Part shown: one piece after another, positions 29,739 to 41,809 of the stretch | How positions within the stretch are numbered: position 1 is the stretch's first letter | Layout: the number at the start of each line of letters is the position of its first letter | Source: an uncultured Gemmatimonadales bacterium | GTDB taxonomy: Bacteria > Gemmatimonadota > Gemmatimonadetes > Gemmatimonadales > Gemmatimonadaceae | Assembly (NCBI GenBank): GCA_963701965.1 | Contig: OY969695.1 | Coordinates: 576,001-640,000, forward strand | Direction of reading: 5' to 3' | Length of the DNA: 64,000 bases | Translations under genes and position numbers: made by a program | Notes under the pieces: model-generated | What the model was told of the DNA's origin: nothing | Databases searched by the model: none | What the model saw: the letters and a program-made list of their open reading frames with translations, nothing else

Positions 29739-30138
29739 CTTCCTCGCGTTGCTTGCACGAAAAGCAGAATCGCGCGTGAGGCAGCGCGTCCAACCGCTCG
29801 AACGCGATCTCCTCGCCGCACTGGTGACACTTCCCAAACGTCTCGGGCGATCGGTACAACCGTCTCAGCGCTTCATCAATGTGCCATAGAAAGCGCCCTT
29901 CCTGGCTGGCGAACAGAAACGCCTTCTCCCGCTCCATCGCATCGGTGCCCTGATCGGCCATGTGGAACGAGTACGAGCTGAGATCGCCGTCGGCGTTCTG
30001 CATCGTCGCGCCAAACGCTTCGCTGTAGTTCCCGAGCTCCTTCAGCACGCGCCGACGCTCCTCCAGCAGCCGCTTCTCGAAGTGCGTCAGCTGCTTCTTC
30101 GACATCGGCTTGGCCTTCTTTACACTCGGTGAGGTCAT
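29725..30138 (-). CDS. TraR/DksA C4 zinc-finger protein
   Basis: Coiled coil with HMADQGTD, plus CHQC...CFSC zinc finger. Confidence 0.88.
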   Translation of the reverse strand: MTSPSVKKAKPMSKKQLTHFEKRLLEERRRVLKELGNYSEAFGATMQNADGDLSSYSFHMADQGTDAMEREKAFLFASQEGRFLWHIDEALRRLYRSPETFGKCHQCGEEIAFERLDALPHARFCFSCKQREEDGKK

Positions 30139-33100
30139 CGTTCGACTTCCCTGGTCAAGGCGAAGCGCACCGTGCGGCCATCGATCGGCACGTCGCGCTC
30201 CGCGTCAAATTCGCCGTTGCAATTCCCGATCACGATCTCCCGCGCCAGGACCTCGCCCGCGATCCATTCGCGGTGCCCCTGCACCGCCGCCTCGATCGCC
30301 GGATCCCCGGCGACGCACAGCCGAATGCGATCGCTCACCGCCAGTCCTGTATCCTTTCGCAGATTCTGGACCGCGCGGATCGTTTCGCGCGCCAGCCCTT
30401 CCCGTTCCAGGTCCGCTGTGATCGTGGGATCAACCGCCGCCAGATAGCCATCGCGCTCTTCCACGACGAGCTCGCCCGCCGTCTGGTGCGTGATCGTGAG
30501 ATCCTCCGGATCGAGATGATGCGTCTGCCCATCCACCGTCACGTACAGCGGACCGGCCCCGTGCTGAAACGCCGCCAGCTCGCTGCTCGTGAAGGCCGCG
30601 ACGGCCTGCGCCGCCAGGGGGGTGCCTTTGCCGAACTTCTTCCCCAACGTGCGATAGTTGGCCTTCGCGGTCAGGGTGACGAGGGCATCCGCCGACTGCA
30701 GGAACTCTACGCGCTTCACATTCAGCTCGCTGGCCAACAGCGAAGCCAGCCGTTCTACGCCCGCGCGCGACGCGGCGCGCGGGGTCACACAGACGAGCCG
30801 CGAGAGCGGCTGCCGGGTCTTCCGCCGCGCCGTCTCCCGCGCCGTGTGCCCCAGGCCCGCCAGCACGCGCACGTCATCCATCGCCATCTCCAGTGCGTCG
30901 TCGGTCGGTCCGGGATCGGCGCGCACGAACGATGACAGATGGACCGACGCACCGGTCAGCTCCCGGTGTATCCAGTCGGTCACGAAGGGCATGATGGGCG
31001 CGAGCAATCGGCAAACGACCACCAGGGTCTCGTGCAACGTGGCGAACGCGGCCCGGTCATCGGCCCAGAAGCGCGCGCGGGACAACCGCACGTACCACTT
31101 CGACACGTCGGTCTCGACGAAGTCCATCACCAGCCGGGCGGCATCGTAGGCATCGAACCGCGTCAGCCGCTCGTCAGCGGCGCGCTCCACCCGCGCGAGA
31201 CGCGACAGCAGCCAACGATCGAGCGCGGGCCGGTCGGCGGGAGCCGGATCCTGCTCCGATGGGCTCCAACCCAGGTTGGCGAGATCGGCGAAGAACCGAT
31301 ACGTGTTGACCAGCGCGTTGAGAAACCCGCCCGACGTATCACGAATCTTCGCTTCGTCGAACCGGCGCGGCAGCCACACCTGGCTGGCCGACACGAGAAA
31401 GAGCCGCACGGCGTCGGCCCCGTGACGACCCACCACGTCCCAGGGATCGACCGCGTTGCCGCGGGACTTCGACATCTTCTGGCCCGTGGCGTCGAGGACC
31501 AGATCGTTGACCAACACGTGGCGATAGGGCGACGCAGTGCCCGCCGTGTTGTTGGGGAGCGCGTCACCGAGCGTGCTGGCAATCGCCAGCAGCGAGTAGA
31601 ACCATCCCCGTGTCTGGTCGACGCCCTCGGCGATGTAGTCGGCCGGGAATTGCCGGCCGACGACGTCCCGGTGCTCGAACGGATAGTGCCACTGGGCGAA
31701 CGACATCGACCCGGAATCGAACCAGGCATCGATGACCTCGGGCACGCGGCGCATGGTGCCGCCGCACGAACATCCCCACGCGTAGTCGTCGATAAAGGGC
31801 TTGTGCGGATCAAAATCGGCCGGCAGCGCGCGCCCCGCCTTCGCAGCGAGGTCGGCGTAGCTCCCAATGGCGTCCGTGTGCGCACGGTCGGCGTCGCAAA
31901 CCCACAAGGGGAGCGGCGTGCCCCAGTACCGGTCGCGCGAGATCGCCCAATCGATGTTTCCCGCCAGCCACTCGCCAAATCGTCCCGACCCGACTTCCGG
32001 GGGATGCCAATCAATGCGGCCGTTGCGCGCCATCATCTCCGGCTGCACGGCCGTGGTCCGGATGAAGTACGACGTGCGCGCGTAGTACAGGAGCGGCGTG
32101 CCGCACCGCCAGCAATGGGGATACGAGTGCTCGAATTGCGCCGCCTTCCACAGGGCGCCGGTCTCCCGCAGATAGGCGATGATCCGCTCATTGGCGCGCT
32201 TCACGTTCATGCCACCGACCACCGGCAGGGCCGCGGTGAACTCTCCGCGCGCATTCACGGGCTGCAGGAACGCCAGGTCGTGCCGCTGCGCGGCGGCGAA
32301 GTCATCGGCGCCGAATGCCGGGGCCATATGCACAACGCCACTGCCGTCCTCCGCGGTGACGAAGCCCTCCCCGACAATGATCTCATGCCGTCCCTGCGCA
32401 GGGTACGGCACCCAATCGATCGGCCGCGCGTAGCGCAGGCCGACGAGCTCGGCGCCGCGGAAGCGGCGCGCCTCGGTCCAGTCGGGGCCGAGCAACGCGT
32501 CGACGCGAGCCGCCGCGAGCACCAGCGATGCGTTGCCCCGATGCATCTCGACGTACTCGAGATCGGGATTCACGGCGAGCGCGACGTTGGACACGAGCGT
32601 CCATGGGGTCGTCGTCCATACCAAGATCCGCCGTCCGTCCGCCAATGGCATCATCACGTAAACGCTGGGATCGGCGACATCCTTGTAGCCGAGGGCGACC
32701 TCGTGGCTGGACAGCGCGGTCTCGCAGCGCGGGCAGTACGGCAGCACCTTGTACCCGTGATACAGCAGTCCCTTGCGGTGGAGCTCGGCCAGAGCCCACC
32801 ACACGCTCTCCACGTACTCGTTCGTGTAGGTGATATAGGGATGCTCGTAGTCGAGCCAGTAGCCAATGCGCTCGCTCAGCTTCTCCCAATCGCCCCGATA
32901 CTGCCACACGCTCTCGCGGCAGAGGCGGTTGAACTCGGCCACGCCGAACTTTTCGATGTCGGGCTTCCCGGAGAGATGCAGCTTCTTCTCGATCTCGATC
33001 TCGACGGGGAGCCCGTGCGTGTCCCAACCGGCTTTGCGCGGCACGTGAAAGCCGTGCATGGACCGGTGCCGGCAGAACAGGTCTTTTAGCGTGCGCGAAA

Positions 33101-33269
33101 AGACGTGATGAATGCCGGGGCGCCCGTTGGCCGTCGGAGGACCTTCGTAAAACACGAATAGGGGCTTGCCTTCGGCGGCCGCCAACGTCTGCTCGAAGAG
33201 ATGCTCGTCGCGCCAACGCGCGAGCATCTCGGTCTCGACCTCGAGCAGCGTCGACAGCCGCCGATACAT
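30135..33269 (-). CDS. ileS: Isoleucine--tRNA ligase, type 2 (IleRS2), with GIHH signature
   Basis: FYEGPPTANG, GWDTHGLP, WTTTPWT, SRDRYWGTP, EGVDQTRGWF, KMSKS. IleRS2-type C-terminus. Confidence 0.96.
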   Translation of the reverse strand: MYRRLSTLLEVETEMLARWRDEHLFEQTLAAAEGKPLFVFYEGPPTANGRPGIHHVFSRTLKDLFCRHRSMHGFHVPRKAGWDTHGLPVEIEIEKKLHLSGKPDIEKFGVAEFNRLCRESVWQYRGDWEKLSERIGYWLDYEHPYITYTNEYVESVWWALAELHRKGLLYHGYKVLPYCPRCETALSSHEVALGYKDVADPSVYVMMPLADGRRILVWTTTPWTLVSNVALAVNPDLEYVEMHRGNASLVLAAARVDALLGPDWTEARRFRGAELVGLRYARPIDWVPYPAQGRHEIIVGEGFVTAEDGSGVVHMAPAFGADDFAAAQRHDLAFLQPVNARGEFTAALPVVGGMNVKRANERIIAYLRETGALWKAAQFEHSYPHCWRCGTPLLYYARTSYFIRTTAVQPEMMARNGRIDWHPPEVGSGRFGEWLAGNIDWAISRDRYWGTPLPLWVCDADRAHTDAIGSYADLAAKAGRALPADFDPHKPFIDDYAWGCSCGGTMRRVPEVIDAWFDSGSMSFAQWHYPFEHRDVVGRQFPADYIAEGVDQTRGWFYSLLAIASTLGDALPNNTAGTASPYRHVLVNDLVLDATGQKMSKSRGNAVDPWDVVGRHGADAVRLFLVSASQVWLPRRFDEAKIRDTSGGFLNALVNTYRFFADLANLGWSPSEQDPAPADRPALDRWLLSRLARVERAADERLTRFDAYDAARLVMDFVETDVSKWYVRLSRARFWADDRAAFATLHETLVVVCRLLAPIMPFVTDWIHRELTGASVHLSSFVRADPGPTDDALEMAMDDVRVLAGLGHTARETARRKTRQPLSRLVCVTPRAASRAGVERLASLLASELNVKRVEFLQSADALVTLTAKANYRTLGKKFGKGTPLAAQAVAAFTSSELAAFQHGAGPLYVTVDGQTHHLDPEDLTITHQTAGELVVEERDGYLAAVDPTITADLEREGLARETIRAVQNLRKDTGLAVSDRIRLCVAGDPAIEAAVQGHREWIAGEVLAREIVIGNCNGEFDAERDVPIDGRTVRFALTREVER

Positions 33270-33295
33270 TGTCCGGGGTCCGGGATCCACGAGGG

Positions 33296-34198
33296 TCACA
33301 GGCGCTCCATGACCCCCGACACCAACGCCGTCAGCGCGGGCTCGGCACGGCCGGCGACCGCCAGGATCTCCTCGATGCTGGTCGGGGTCAGCGTGTCCGG
33401 CAGACACAGATCGGTGACGATCGACAGACCGAGCACGCGCATCCCGCCGTGCACCGCGACGATCACTTCGGGCACCGTCGACATCCCCACGACATTGGCA
33501 CCGATGGTGCGCAACGCCCGATACTCGGCGCGCGTTTCCAGGCTCGGTCCCGTCACCGCGACGTACACGCCCTCGCGCAGCGTGGTCCCCTGCTCCGCGG
33601 CGATCGCGCGGGCCATCGCCCGCAAGCGGGCATCATAGGGATCCGACATGTCCGGAAACCGGGGCCCGAGGGTTGGATCGTTGGGACCGATCAGCGGGTT
33701 GTCGCCCAGCAGATTGATGTGATCGGCGATCAGCATCAGATCGCCGGCCGACCACTCGGGGTTCAAGCCGCCGCAGGCGTTGGAGACGATGAGCGTCTCG
33801 GCCCCCAGCGCGCGCAGCACGCGCACCGGGAAGGTCACCTGCTGCAGTGAGTAGCCCTCGTAGCGGTGAAACCGCCCCTGCATCGCGATCACCGGGCGCC
33901 CCGCCAAAGTGCCGCACAGGAGACGGCCGGCGTGGGATTCGACGGTAGAGAGCGGAAAGTAGGGGATGTCGGCGTAGTCGATCGATGCGACCACATCGAT
34001 CTCCCGCGCCAGGCCGCCAAGCCCGGTGCCGAGGATCACGGCCGCGGTGGGCGTCGGCGCGAAGCGCGCGCGCACCACGAACGCGGCGGCGGCAATGCGC
34101 TCCACCGCGTGGGCCGTGCCCCCGACGCCGTCCCGCATCGCGGCGGCGTATTCCTGCGTCGCGTGCAACGCAGCCGACGGTCGGGCGTGCGACGTCAT
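33296..34198 (-). CDS. Purine-nucleoside phosphorylase (trimeric type)
   Basis: [37 protein letters not shown]. Confidence 0.93.
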   Translation of the reverse strand: MTSHARPSAALHATQEYAAAMRDGVGGTAHAVERIAAAAFVVRARFAPTPTAAVILGTGLGGLAREIDVVASIDYADIPYFPLSTVESHAGRLLCGTLAGRPVIAMQGRFHRYEGYSLQQVTFPVRVLRALGAETLIVSNACGGLNPEWSAGDLMLIADHINLLGDNPLIGPNDPTLGPRFPDMSDPYDARLRAMARAIAAEQGTTLREGVYVAVTGPSLETRAEYRALRTIGANVVGMSTVPEVIVAVHGGMRVLGLSIVTDLCLPDTLTPTSIEEILAVAGRAEPALTALVSGVMERL

Positions 34199-35097
34199 TC
34201 GCCGCTCGGCACCGCTTTGAGCCACGCCGGTGTCTGCACCGAATGCCGCGGCCCTTCTTCGTCGACATGCTCATCGACCGCTTTCTCGGCTGTGGCTTTC
34301 TCGGCTGTGGCTTTCTCGGCTGTGGCTTTCTCGGCTGTGGCTTTCTCGGCTGTGGCTTTCTCGGCTGTGGCTTTCTCGGCTGTGGCTTTCTCGGCGCTGG
34401 CTTTCTCGGCGCTGGCTTTCTCGCCCGTCGCCGAGACGCCGCTCGCCGTCGTGCGTGCGACCACACCGGCAGGAGCCTCCGGCGGCGGAGGCGGCGGAGC
34501 CGTTGACGCGGCCCCCGCCGGCGCAGGCACTCCGCCCGATACCCGCCGCTCCGGCCCACTGACGGCCGCCTTCGGGGTTTCGGCGGCCGCAGTCCCCTCG
34601 CCCTCCGCATTCTCGACCGGCGCCCGCACGGCGTCATGCACAGGGATGGCGTCGATCTCGGCGAGCTGCCGGGCGACGAGCGCCCGCAGCTGCGCGAGAT
34701 ACGCGCGCCGCGCCCGCTCCAGGGACTCAATCTCGCCGGCCAAGCGCCGGATCTCGGCTCGCGCAGCGTCGACGAGCCGGCCGCCTTCGGCGCGCGCCTC
34801 GCGGAGGACGAGCTGGGCTTCCCGCTCCGCCTGCTCCCGCGTCTCCGCCCGCAGCTGCTGCGCCGATACCAGCGCTTCGTTCAGCGCTTTGTCCCGCTCC
34901 CGAAACGCCCGCAACTGCTCGTGAAAGCCCTTGGCTTTGTTGTCGAGCTCTTGATTGAGCCGGGTCAACCGCTCCAGTTCATTGGCGACCCGATCGCGAA
35001 ATTCGTCGACGCGCGCCCGATCGTACCCGCGCAAAGCCGCGGGAAATTCGGCGCGCCGCACGTCGAGCGGCGTGAGATGAAAGGATTCGTCGATCAC
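34195..35097 (-). CDS. divIVA: DivIVA domain protein with low-complexity repeat tail
   Basis: [16 protein letters not shown]...VDEF followed by coiled coils. Position between yggS and ileS. Confidence 0.88.
   Translation of the reverse strand: MIDESFHLTPLDVRRAEFPAALRGYDRARVDEFRDRVANELERLTRLNQELDNKAKGFHEQLRAFRERDKALNEALVSAQQLRAETREQAEREAQLVLREARAEGGRLVDAARAEIRRLAGEIESLERARRAYLAQLRALVARQLAEIDAIPVHDAVRAPVENAEGEGTAAAETPKAAVSGPERRVSGGVPAPAGAASTAPPPPPPEAPAGVVARTTASGVSATGEKASAEKASAEKATAEKATAEKATAEKATAEKATAEKATAEKATAEKAVDEHVDEEGPRHSVQTPAWLKAVPSGE
34280..34423. repeat. 15-bp coding tandem repeat (GCTTTCTCGGCTGTG x7, two variant copies, one partial)
   Basis: Read directly. Encodes (EKASA)2(EKATA)7EKA in DivIVA. 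Confidence 0.95.
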
Positions 35098-35750
35098 CGT
35101 GCGCGAGCCCCGAAGAGAATCGTCCCCAATCGCACCATTGTCGCACCTTCCTCGACCGCGATCTCGAAATCGTTCGACATGCCCATCGACAACTCGGTGG
35201 CCGGATGCCCGGCCGCCCGCACGATGTCCAACGCCTTGCGCGCTCCACGAAATGTGTCCCGCATGACCCGCTCCGACGCCTCGAGGGGCGCCATGGTCAT
35301 GACGCCGCGCACCCGCACCCCACTCTTACCCGCGAGACGCTCGGCTTCCGCCGGGACATCCTCGGGCGCCCAGCCATACTTGGACGCTTCGCCGGACGTA
35401 TTCACCTGCAACAGCGCGTCGACCGCCCGTCCCCGACTGACGCCGATCTGATCCAGGGCGTCCGCGAGCCGCGAGCTGTCGACCGAGTGCACCAACGCGA
35501 ACCCCTCGACCGCTTTCACTTTGTTCGTCTGCAAGTGCCCTATGAGGTGCCACCGCACCGGCACGTCGACCGCCGCCATTTTTGCGACCGCTTCCTGCAC
35601 GCGATTCTCTCCGACGTCTTCGAGCCCGGCTCGATACGCCGCCGCGACCGCCTCGGGGCCGTAGGTCTTCGTCACCGCGACAATCGTGACATCCTGACCC
35701 ACGCGCCGCCGGACGTCCGCGAGGCGCGCCGGCAAGTCAGGAAACGGCAT
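35094..35750 (-). CDS. yggS: PLP homeostasis protein YggS
   Basis: VAVTK, GENRVQE, WHLIGHLQTNK, LSMGMSND, VRLGTILFG. Confidence 0.95.
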   Translation of the reverse strand: MPFPDLPARLADVRRRVGQDVTIVAVTKTYGPEAVAAAYRAGLEDVGENRVQEAVAKMAAVDVPVRWHLIGHLQTNKVKAVEGFALVHSVDSSRLADALDQIGVSRGRAVDALLQVNTSGEASKYGWAPEDVPAEAERLAGKSGVRVRGVMTMAPLEASERVMRDTFRGARKALDIVRAAGHPATELSMGMSNDFEIAVEEGATMVRLGTILFGARAR

Positions 35751-35798
35751 AACACGTGAAGATATCTGGAGTTAGCGCGCAGAGCAAGTGCTGGGCCG

Positions 35799-36596
35799 TC
35801 AGCCCGGGGCGGCGATAACCGGCTGTTCCGTGCTCCGACGGCGGCGCCCCTCCAGGACGTCCCGAACGTCGGCCGGGGTCAGGGACCGCGCGAGCCGCGC
35901 GTCGCGTGCCAGGGAGATCACGGCCGTCTCCTCCGAAACGACGAAGACGAGGGCGTCGGACTCCTCCGCCAATCCCAGCGCCGCCCGGTGCCTGGTGCCC
36001 AGCGAACGGTCGCTGATCGGGGCCTGCGACAGCGGCAAAATGCAGCCGGCCCCAATGATCGTGTCGCCCCGGATGATCACGGCCCCGTCATGCAATGGTG
36101 AGTACGGCGTGAAGATCGTCGTCAACAAGTCGGACGAGACCTTCGCGCTCAAGTCCGTACCGGATTCGACGTATTCGCCGAGCGGGACCTCGCGCTCGAT
36201 GGCGACGATGGCACCGATCCCCGATTTGCTGAGGCGCTCCAAGGCATCGGTGATCGCCTCGGCGACTTCGACCTCGCCAAGTCCGCGAATGAGCCGGGTC
36301 ATGCGGGACTGGCCCAGGTGTGCCAGGGCCTGCCGCAACTCGGGCTGAAAGATGACCAGTCCGGCAAACACGCCATACGTGAACACGAACCCCAAGAGCT
36401 CGGTGATCATCGACAACTTGAGCACGAGCGCCACGCCGTAGACGAACACCAGCACCACGATGCCGGTCAACATCTGCACGGCCCGCGTCCCATGGAGCAG
36501 CAGGAGGCCGCGGTACAGGATGTAGGCGACGAACGCGATCTCAATGACGTCGCGCGGACCGAACGTCAGCCCCTGCAGTTGCTCGAAGAGCTCCAT
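35799..36596 (-). CDS. cdaA: Diadenylate cyclase CdaA/DacA (membrane-bound)
   Basis: Three TMs, IFQPELR, PLHDGA, GTRHRAA, VSEET. Confidence 0.93.
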   Translation of the reverse strand: MELFEQLQGLTFGPRDVIEIAFVAYILYRGLLLLHGTRAVQMLTGIVVLVFVYGVALVLKLSMITELLGFVFTYGVFAGLVIFQPELRQALAHLGQSRMTRLIRGLGEVEVAEAITDALERLSKSGIGAIVAIEREVPLGEYVESGTDLSAKVSSDLLTTIFTPYSPLHDGAVIIRGDTIIGAGCILPLSQAPISDRSLGTRHRAALGLAEESDALVFVVSEETAVISLARDARLARSLTPADVRDVLEGRRRRSTEQPVIAAPG

Positions 36597-37447
36597 CAGC
36601 GCCGGTCACGCCGCAGGATCGCCCATGCGGCATCGAGGGACCGGCGCGCGCCGCGCACGTCGTGCACGCGGAACAGGGCCGCGCCAAGCGTCAGGGCCAC
36701 GACGTCGACGCCCAGGGTTCCTTCATCGCGATCGGCTGCGGTCGTCACGCCGGTAATCTCTCCGATAAATCGTTTTCGCGATACGCCCACCATTACCGGA
36801 TAGCCCAACGCGCCGAGCCGGGGCAGATCGGCGAGCACACGCAGGGAGTGCTCGGTCCGCTTGGAGAATCCGATACCGGGATCAACGACCAGCGCCTCGC
36901 CGTCGATCCCCGCGACGAGCGCCTCATCGACGCGCTCCGCCAGCTCGGCAAGGACTTCGCTGGTCACATCCCCGTAAGTCGCGCCGGCGAACGACGCCAT
37001 GGCGCTCACGTCGCCGCGGGAGTGCATCAGGACGACACCGGCGCCGGAGCGCGCGCAGACGCCGGCCATCTCGGGATCGAGCCGCATGGCCGAGACATCG
37101 TTGACGATCGCCGCGCCGGCGTCGAGCGCCGCGGCGGCGACGCTGGCTTTCACGGTGTCGATGGACAGGGGCGTCCCGGGCACCGCTTCCCGCAGGGCAC
37201 GGATGACGGGCAGAACGCGCTCGAGCTCCTCGGACTCGGCGACCGGTTCGGCATTGGGACGGGTGGACTCCCCGCCCAGATCCAGCACATCGGCCCCCTC
37301 GGCCACGAGGCGGCGCCCGTGGGCGACGGCCGCCTCCGGGGCGAGGAACGCGCCCCCGTCGCTGAAGCTGTCGGGGGTGATGTTGATGATGCCGATGACG
37401 ACCGGACGGTCGAGGGCAACGGTGCCGCCGCGGACGCGCCAGATCAT
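36596..37447 (-). CDS. folP: Dihydropteroate synthase
   Basis: NITPDSFSDGG, GGESTRP, DPGIGF, SRKRF, RVHDV. Confidence 0.96.
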   Translation of the reverse strand: MIWRVRGGTVALDRPVVIGIINITPDSFSDGGAFLAPEAAVAHGRRLVAEGADVLDLGGESTRPNAEPVAESEELERVLPVIRALREAVPGTPLSIDTVKASVAAAALDAGAAIVNDVSAMRLDPEMAGVCARSGAGVVLMHSRGDVSAMASFAGATYGDVTSEVLAELAERVDEALVAGIDGEALVVDPGIGFSKRTEHSLRVLADLPRLGALGYPVMVGVSRKRFIGEITGVTTAADRDEGTLGVDVVALTLGAALFRVHDVRGARRSLDAAWAILRRDRR

Positions 37448-37477
37448 GCGATCAGGACGCGCCGCGGCGGTTCGAGA

Positions 37478-39472
<1,995 letters not shown>

Positions 39473-39487
39473 GCAAAACCTCTGAGA

Positions 39488-40033
39488 CTACAAGCTCGCG
39501 ATATACGGCAAGTGGCGGAAATTCTCCGCGTGATCCAACCCGTACCCAACCAGGAACTCGTGCGGCGCGTTAAAACCGACGAATTTGACCGGCTCGTGCA
39601 ACTCAGTGGCAATGTGCTTATGGAGCAATGCGCATACCTCCAACGAGCTGGGCCGCCGGGTCCTGAGTACGGCCATCAAACGACTCAACGTCCGGCCGGA
39701 ATCGACAATGTCCTCGATCAGTAAAATGTGCTTTCCTTCGAGTTCCGTCTCCGGATCATACACTAAATGAACCGTCCCGCCGGACTCCGTGCCACTGCCA
39801 TAGCTGGATGCTATGAGGAAGTCGACCTGGAGCGGGCGGGCGATCCGCCGGATGAGATCGCTGAAGAAAATTATGCTTCCCTTGAGCAGGCCCAAAAGGA
39901 GCAAATCCCCTTCGAGATATGAATCCGTGATCTGCCGTCCGAGTTCGCTTACGCGGGCCGCGATCGCCGCCTCGTCGAACACGACACGCTGCAGGGCGCG
40001 CCCGCCCAGCCGCGGATCAGCGGCGCCGCCCAA
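39488..40033 (-). CDS. hpt: Hypoxanthine phosphoribosyltransferase
   Basis: LLKGS, LLIEDIVDSGRT, FLVGYGLD, RHLPYI. TTG start inferred. Confidence 0.93.
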   Translation of the reverse strand: MGGAADPRLGGRALQRVVFDEAAIAARVSELGRQITDSYLEGDLLLLGLLKGSIIFFSDLIRRIARPLQVDFLIASSYGSGTESGGTVHLVYDPETELEGKHILLIEDIVDSGRTLSRLMAVLRTRRPSSLEVCALLHKHIATELHEPVKFVGFNAPHEFLVGYGLDHAENFRHLPYIASL

Positions 40034-40940
40034 CGTCCAACGACCGGAAGACGAAGAGAAGGCGCGTGCGCACAACTTCGACACCGCCGGAAAGCTGGAT
40101 CGACGCGCCCAGTCTGCCCCCATTCGTAAACGCAACCAGGCGCGAAGTTCCGCGCCAGTCGAGTGTCACGCCGGCGCGCGCCGCGATCGCCGGCCACAGG
40201 ACGGCCAGCGATTCGGGATCATATCCGGCGAGATCGGCCGCCGCAACGGCGCATCCGCGTTCGGTGCGGTGTACCGGACAACGCTCCCGCACCAGAGTCT
40301 CCACCCGGCGGCGCCAGTCGGCGGCCCGGCGCGCCACATCGAGCATCGCGTCCTCCAACCCGGGCTGCGCCCGCCGCAGCGCGGGCAGGAGGTCGAGGCG
40401 CAGCCGGTTGCGCAAATGGACCCGCGAGAGATTCGACGGGTCCTCGGCGATCGGAATCGACCGGTCGCGTACGTAGGCCGCGATGACGTCCCGCGGGACG
40501 TCGAGGAACGGCCGCACGATATCGGAGTCGGCGTAGAGCCCCGCCAGCCCGCGCGCGCCGGCGCCGCGCAGAACCCGGATGACCACGGTTTCGACTTGGT
40601 CGTCCCTGGTGTGTGCCGTCACGACCGACGCGCGCTTCTCGCGCGCGACGCCGCGAAGAAACGTCCAGCGCGCCGCGCGCCACGTCGCCTCGGTGCTCCC
40701 CGCCCCGGCACGGCCGATCGTGACGGGCAATCCAAGAGCGCTGGCGTGATCCGCCACCAGCGCCGCCGCGAAGCGGGCGGCGCCACCTGTTCCGTGATCG
40801 AATGTCGCGACCGCCGCGATGTGATCCCGCGCCGCATGAGCGGCGGCGTCGAGCAACGCCATCGAATCCGTTCCACCGGACACGGCGAGGACGTATCGCC
40901 GTCCAGGCGCGAGAGCTACCGCGGCGGCCCCTTGAACCAT
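40017..40940 (-). CDS. tilS: tRNA(Ile)-lysidine synthetase (short form)
   Basis: AVSGGTDS, AHTRDDQVET, RPFL, EDPSN, RNRLR. tilS-hpt-ftsH order. Confidence 0.92.
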   Translation of the reverse strand: MVQGAAAVALAPGRRYVLAVSGGTDSMALLDAAAHAARDHIAAVATFDHGTGGAARFAAALVADHASALGLPVTIGRAGAGSTEATWRAARWTFLRGVAREKRASVVTAHTRDDQVETVVIRVLRGAGARGLAGLYADSDIVRPFLDVPRDVIAAYVRDRSIPIAEDPSNLSRVHLRNRLRLDLLPALRRAQPGLEDAMLDVARRAADWRRRVETLVRERCPVHRTERGCAVAAADLAGYDPESLAVLWPAIAARAGVTLDWRGTSRLVAFTNGGRLGASIQLSGGVEVVRTRLLFVFRSLDVGRRR

Positions 40941-40947
40941 ATTGTTT

Positions 40948-40954
40948 TAGCTTA
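40948..40954. promoter_or_regulatory. Overlapping bidirectional -10 elements (TAGCTT on +, TAAGCT on -)
   Basis: AT-rich island in the 36-bp gap between divergent tilS and the small ORF. Confidence 0.5.
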
Positions 40955-40976
40955 ACCGATCGCTCGGAGAGGAGCT

Positions 40977-41141
40977 GTGGAGAATCATGGTCCGCTTGGG
41001 ACGCTGTGGGTGGGGTTGGGGCTGGGCGGTTTCTACCTGGCCTTGATCTGGGTCAACACCCTGCTGCCCGGCATTCTGGTGCCGCTCTTCCTGCTGCCCA
41101 TCACGAAGGTGCTCGACAAGATCAAGCGGCGCACGACGTGA
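40977..41141 (+). CDS. 54-aa membrane protein, absent from the ORF track
   Basis: GAGGAG SD, then GTG. MENHGPLGTLWVGLGLGGFYLALIWVNTLLPGILVPLFLLPITKVLDKIKRRTT. Confidence 0.65.
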   Translation: MENHGPLGTLWVGLGLGGFYLALIWVNTLLPGILVPLFLLPITKVLDKIKRRTT

Positions 41142-41199
41142 CGTCCGCGTAAGCGCCGGCGTTGGCGCGCCGCTCCACCTTCCACCGGAGTCCGGTTCG

Positions 41200-41802
41200 A
41201 TGCCTGTCCTGATCCTGTTAGCGGTGGTGGTCGTGGCCCTGCTGTTCTGGGTCATCGGCGCCTACAACGGTCTCGTTGCCCTCAAGAATCAGGTCGCGAA
41301 CGCCTGGAAGCAGATCGACGTGCAGCTCAAGCGCCGCCACGATCTGATCCCGAACCTGGTCAATACCGTGAAGGGCGCGATGCAGTTCGAGAAGGACACG
41401 CTGGAAGCGGTCATCAGCGCGCGCAACAAAGCCATCGCCGTCCAGAGCGGCGGTGGACCGACCGGCCCCTCCGTCGGCCAGACCGCGGCGGCCGAGTCTC
41501 AGCTGTCCGGCGCCCTTGGCAAGCTGTTCGCCGTCGTCGAGGCCTATCCGGATCTCAAAGCGACCGGCAACGTCGCCCAGTTGCAAGAAGAGCTGACGTC
41601 GACCGAGAACAAGATCGCGTTCGCCCGCCAGCTCTACAACGACACGGCGACCGAGTACAACACCAAGCAGCAGCAATTTCCGACTTCGCTGGCCGCCGGG
41701 ATCGCGGGCGCCAAGCCGGCCGAGCTCTGGGAGATCACGGACGCCGCCGAGCGGGAGAACGTCAACGTCGACCTTTCAATGACGCCTCCACCGGCAAAGT
41801 AA
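41200..41802 (+). CDS. lemA: LemA family protein
   Basis: YNGLV, AWKQIDVQLKRRHDLIPNLV, EAYPDLKA, ENKIAFARQLYN. Confidence 0.95.
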   Translation: MPVLILLAVVVVALLFWVIGAYNGLVALKNQVANAWKQIDVQLKRRHDLIPNLVNTVKGAMQFEKDTLEAVISARNKAIAVQSGGGPTGPSVGQTAAAESQLSGALGKLFAVVEAYPDLKATGNVAQLQEELTSTENKIAFARQLYNDTATEYNTKQQQFPTSLAAGIAGAKPAELWEITDAAERENVNVDLSMTPPPAK

Positions 41803-41809
41803 GTCCACC

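Noticed and set aside
34280..34423. CRISPR array, or a Cys-rich (CGFLG)n protein on the + strand
   Set aside because: The units are contiguous with no spacers. The repeat is in frame within divIVA, and the + strand ORFs are antisense shadows.
34608..34615. CATTCTCG in divIVA (and at about 49962) as further error sites
   Set aside because: The frames are intact as they stand (divIVA ends in an ATGA overlap with pnp; the ABC gene reads LILDEPT), so these are natural occurrences.
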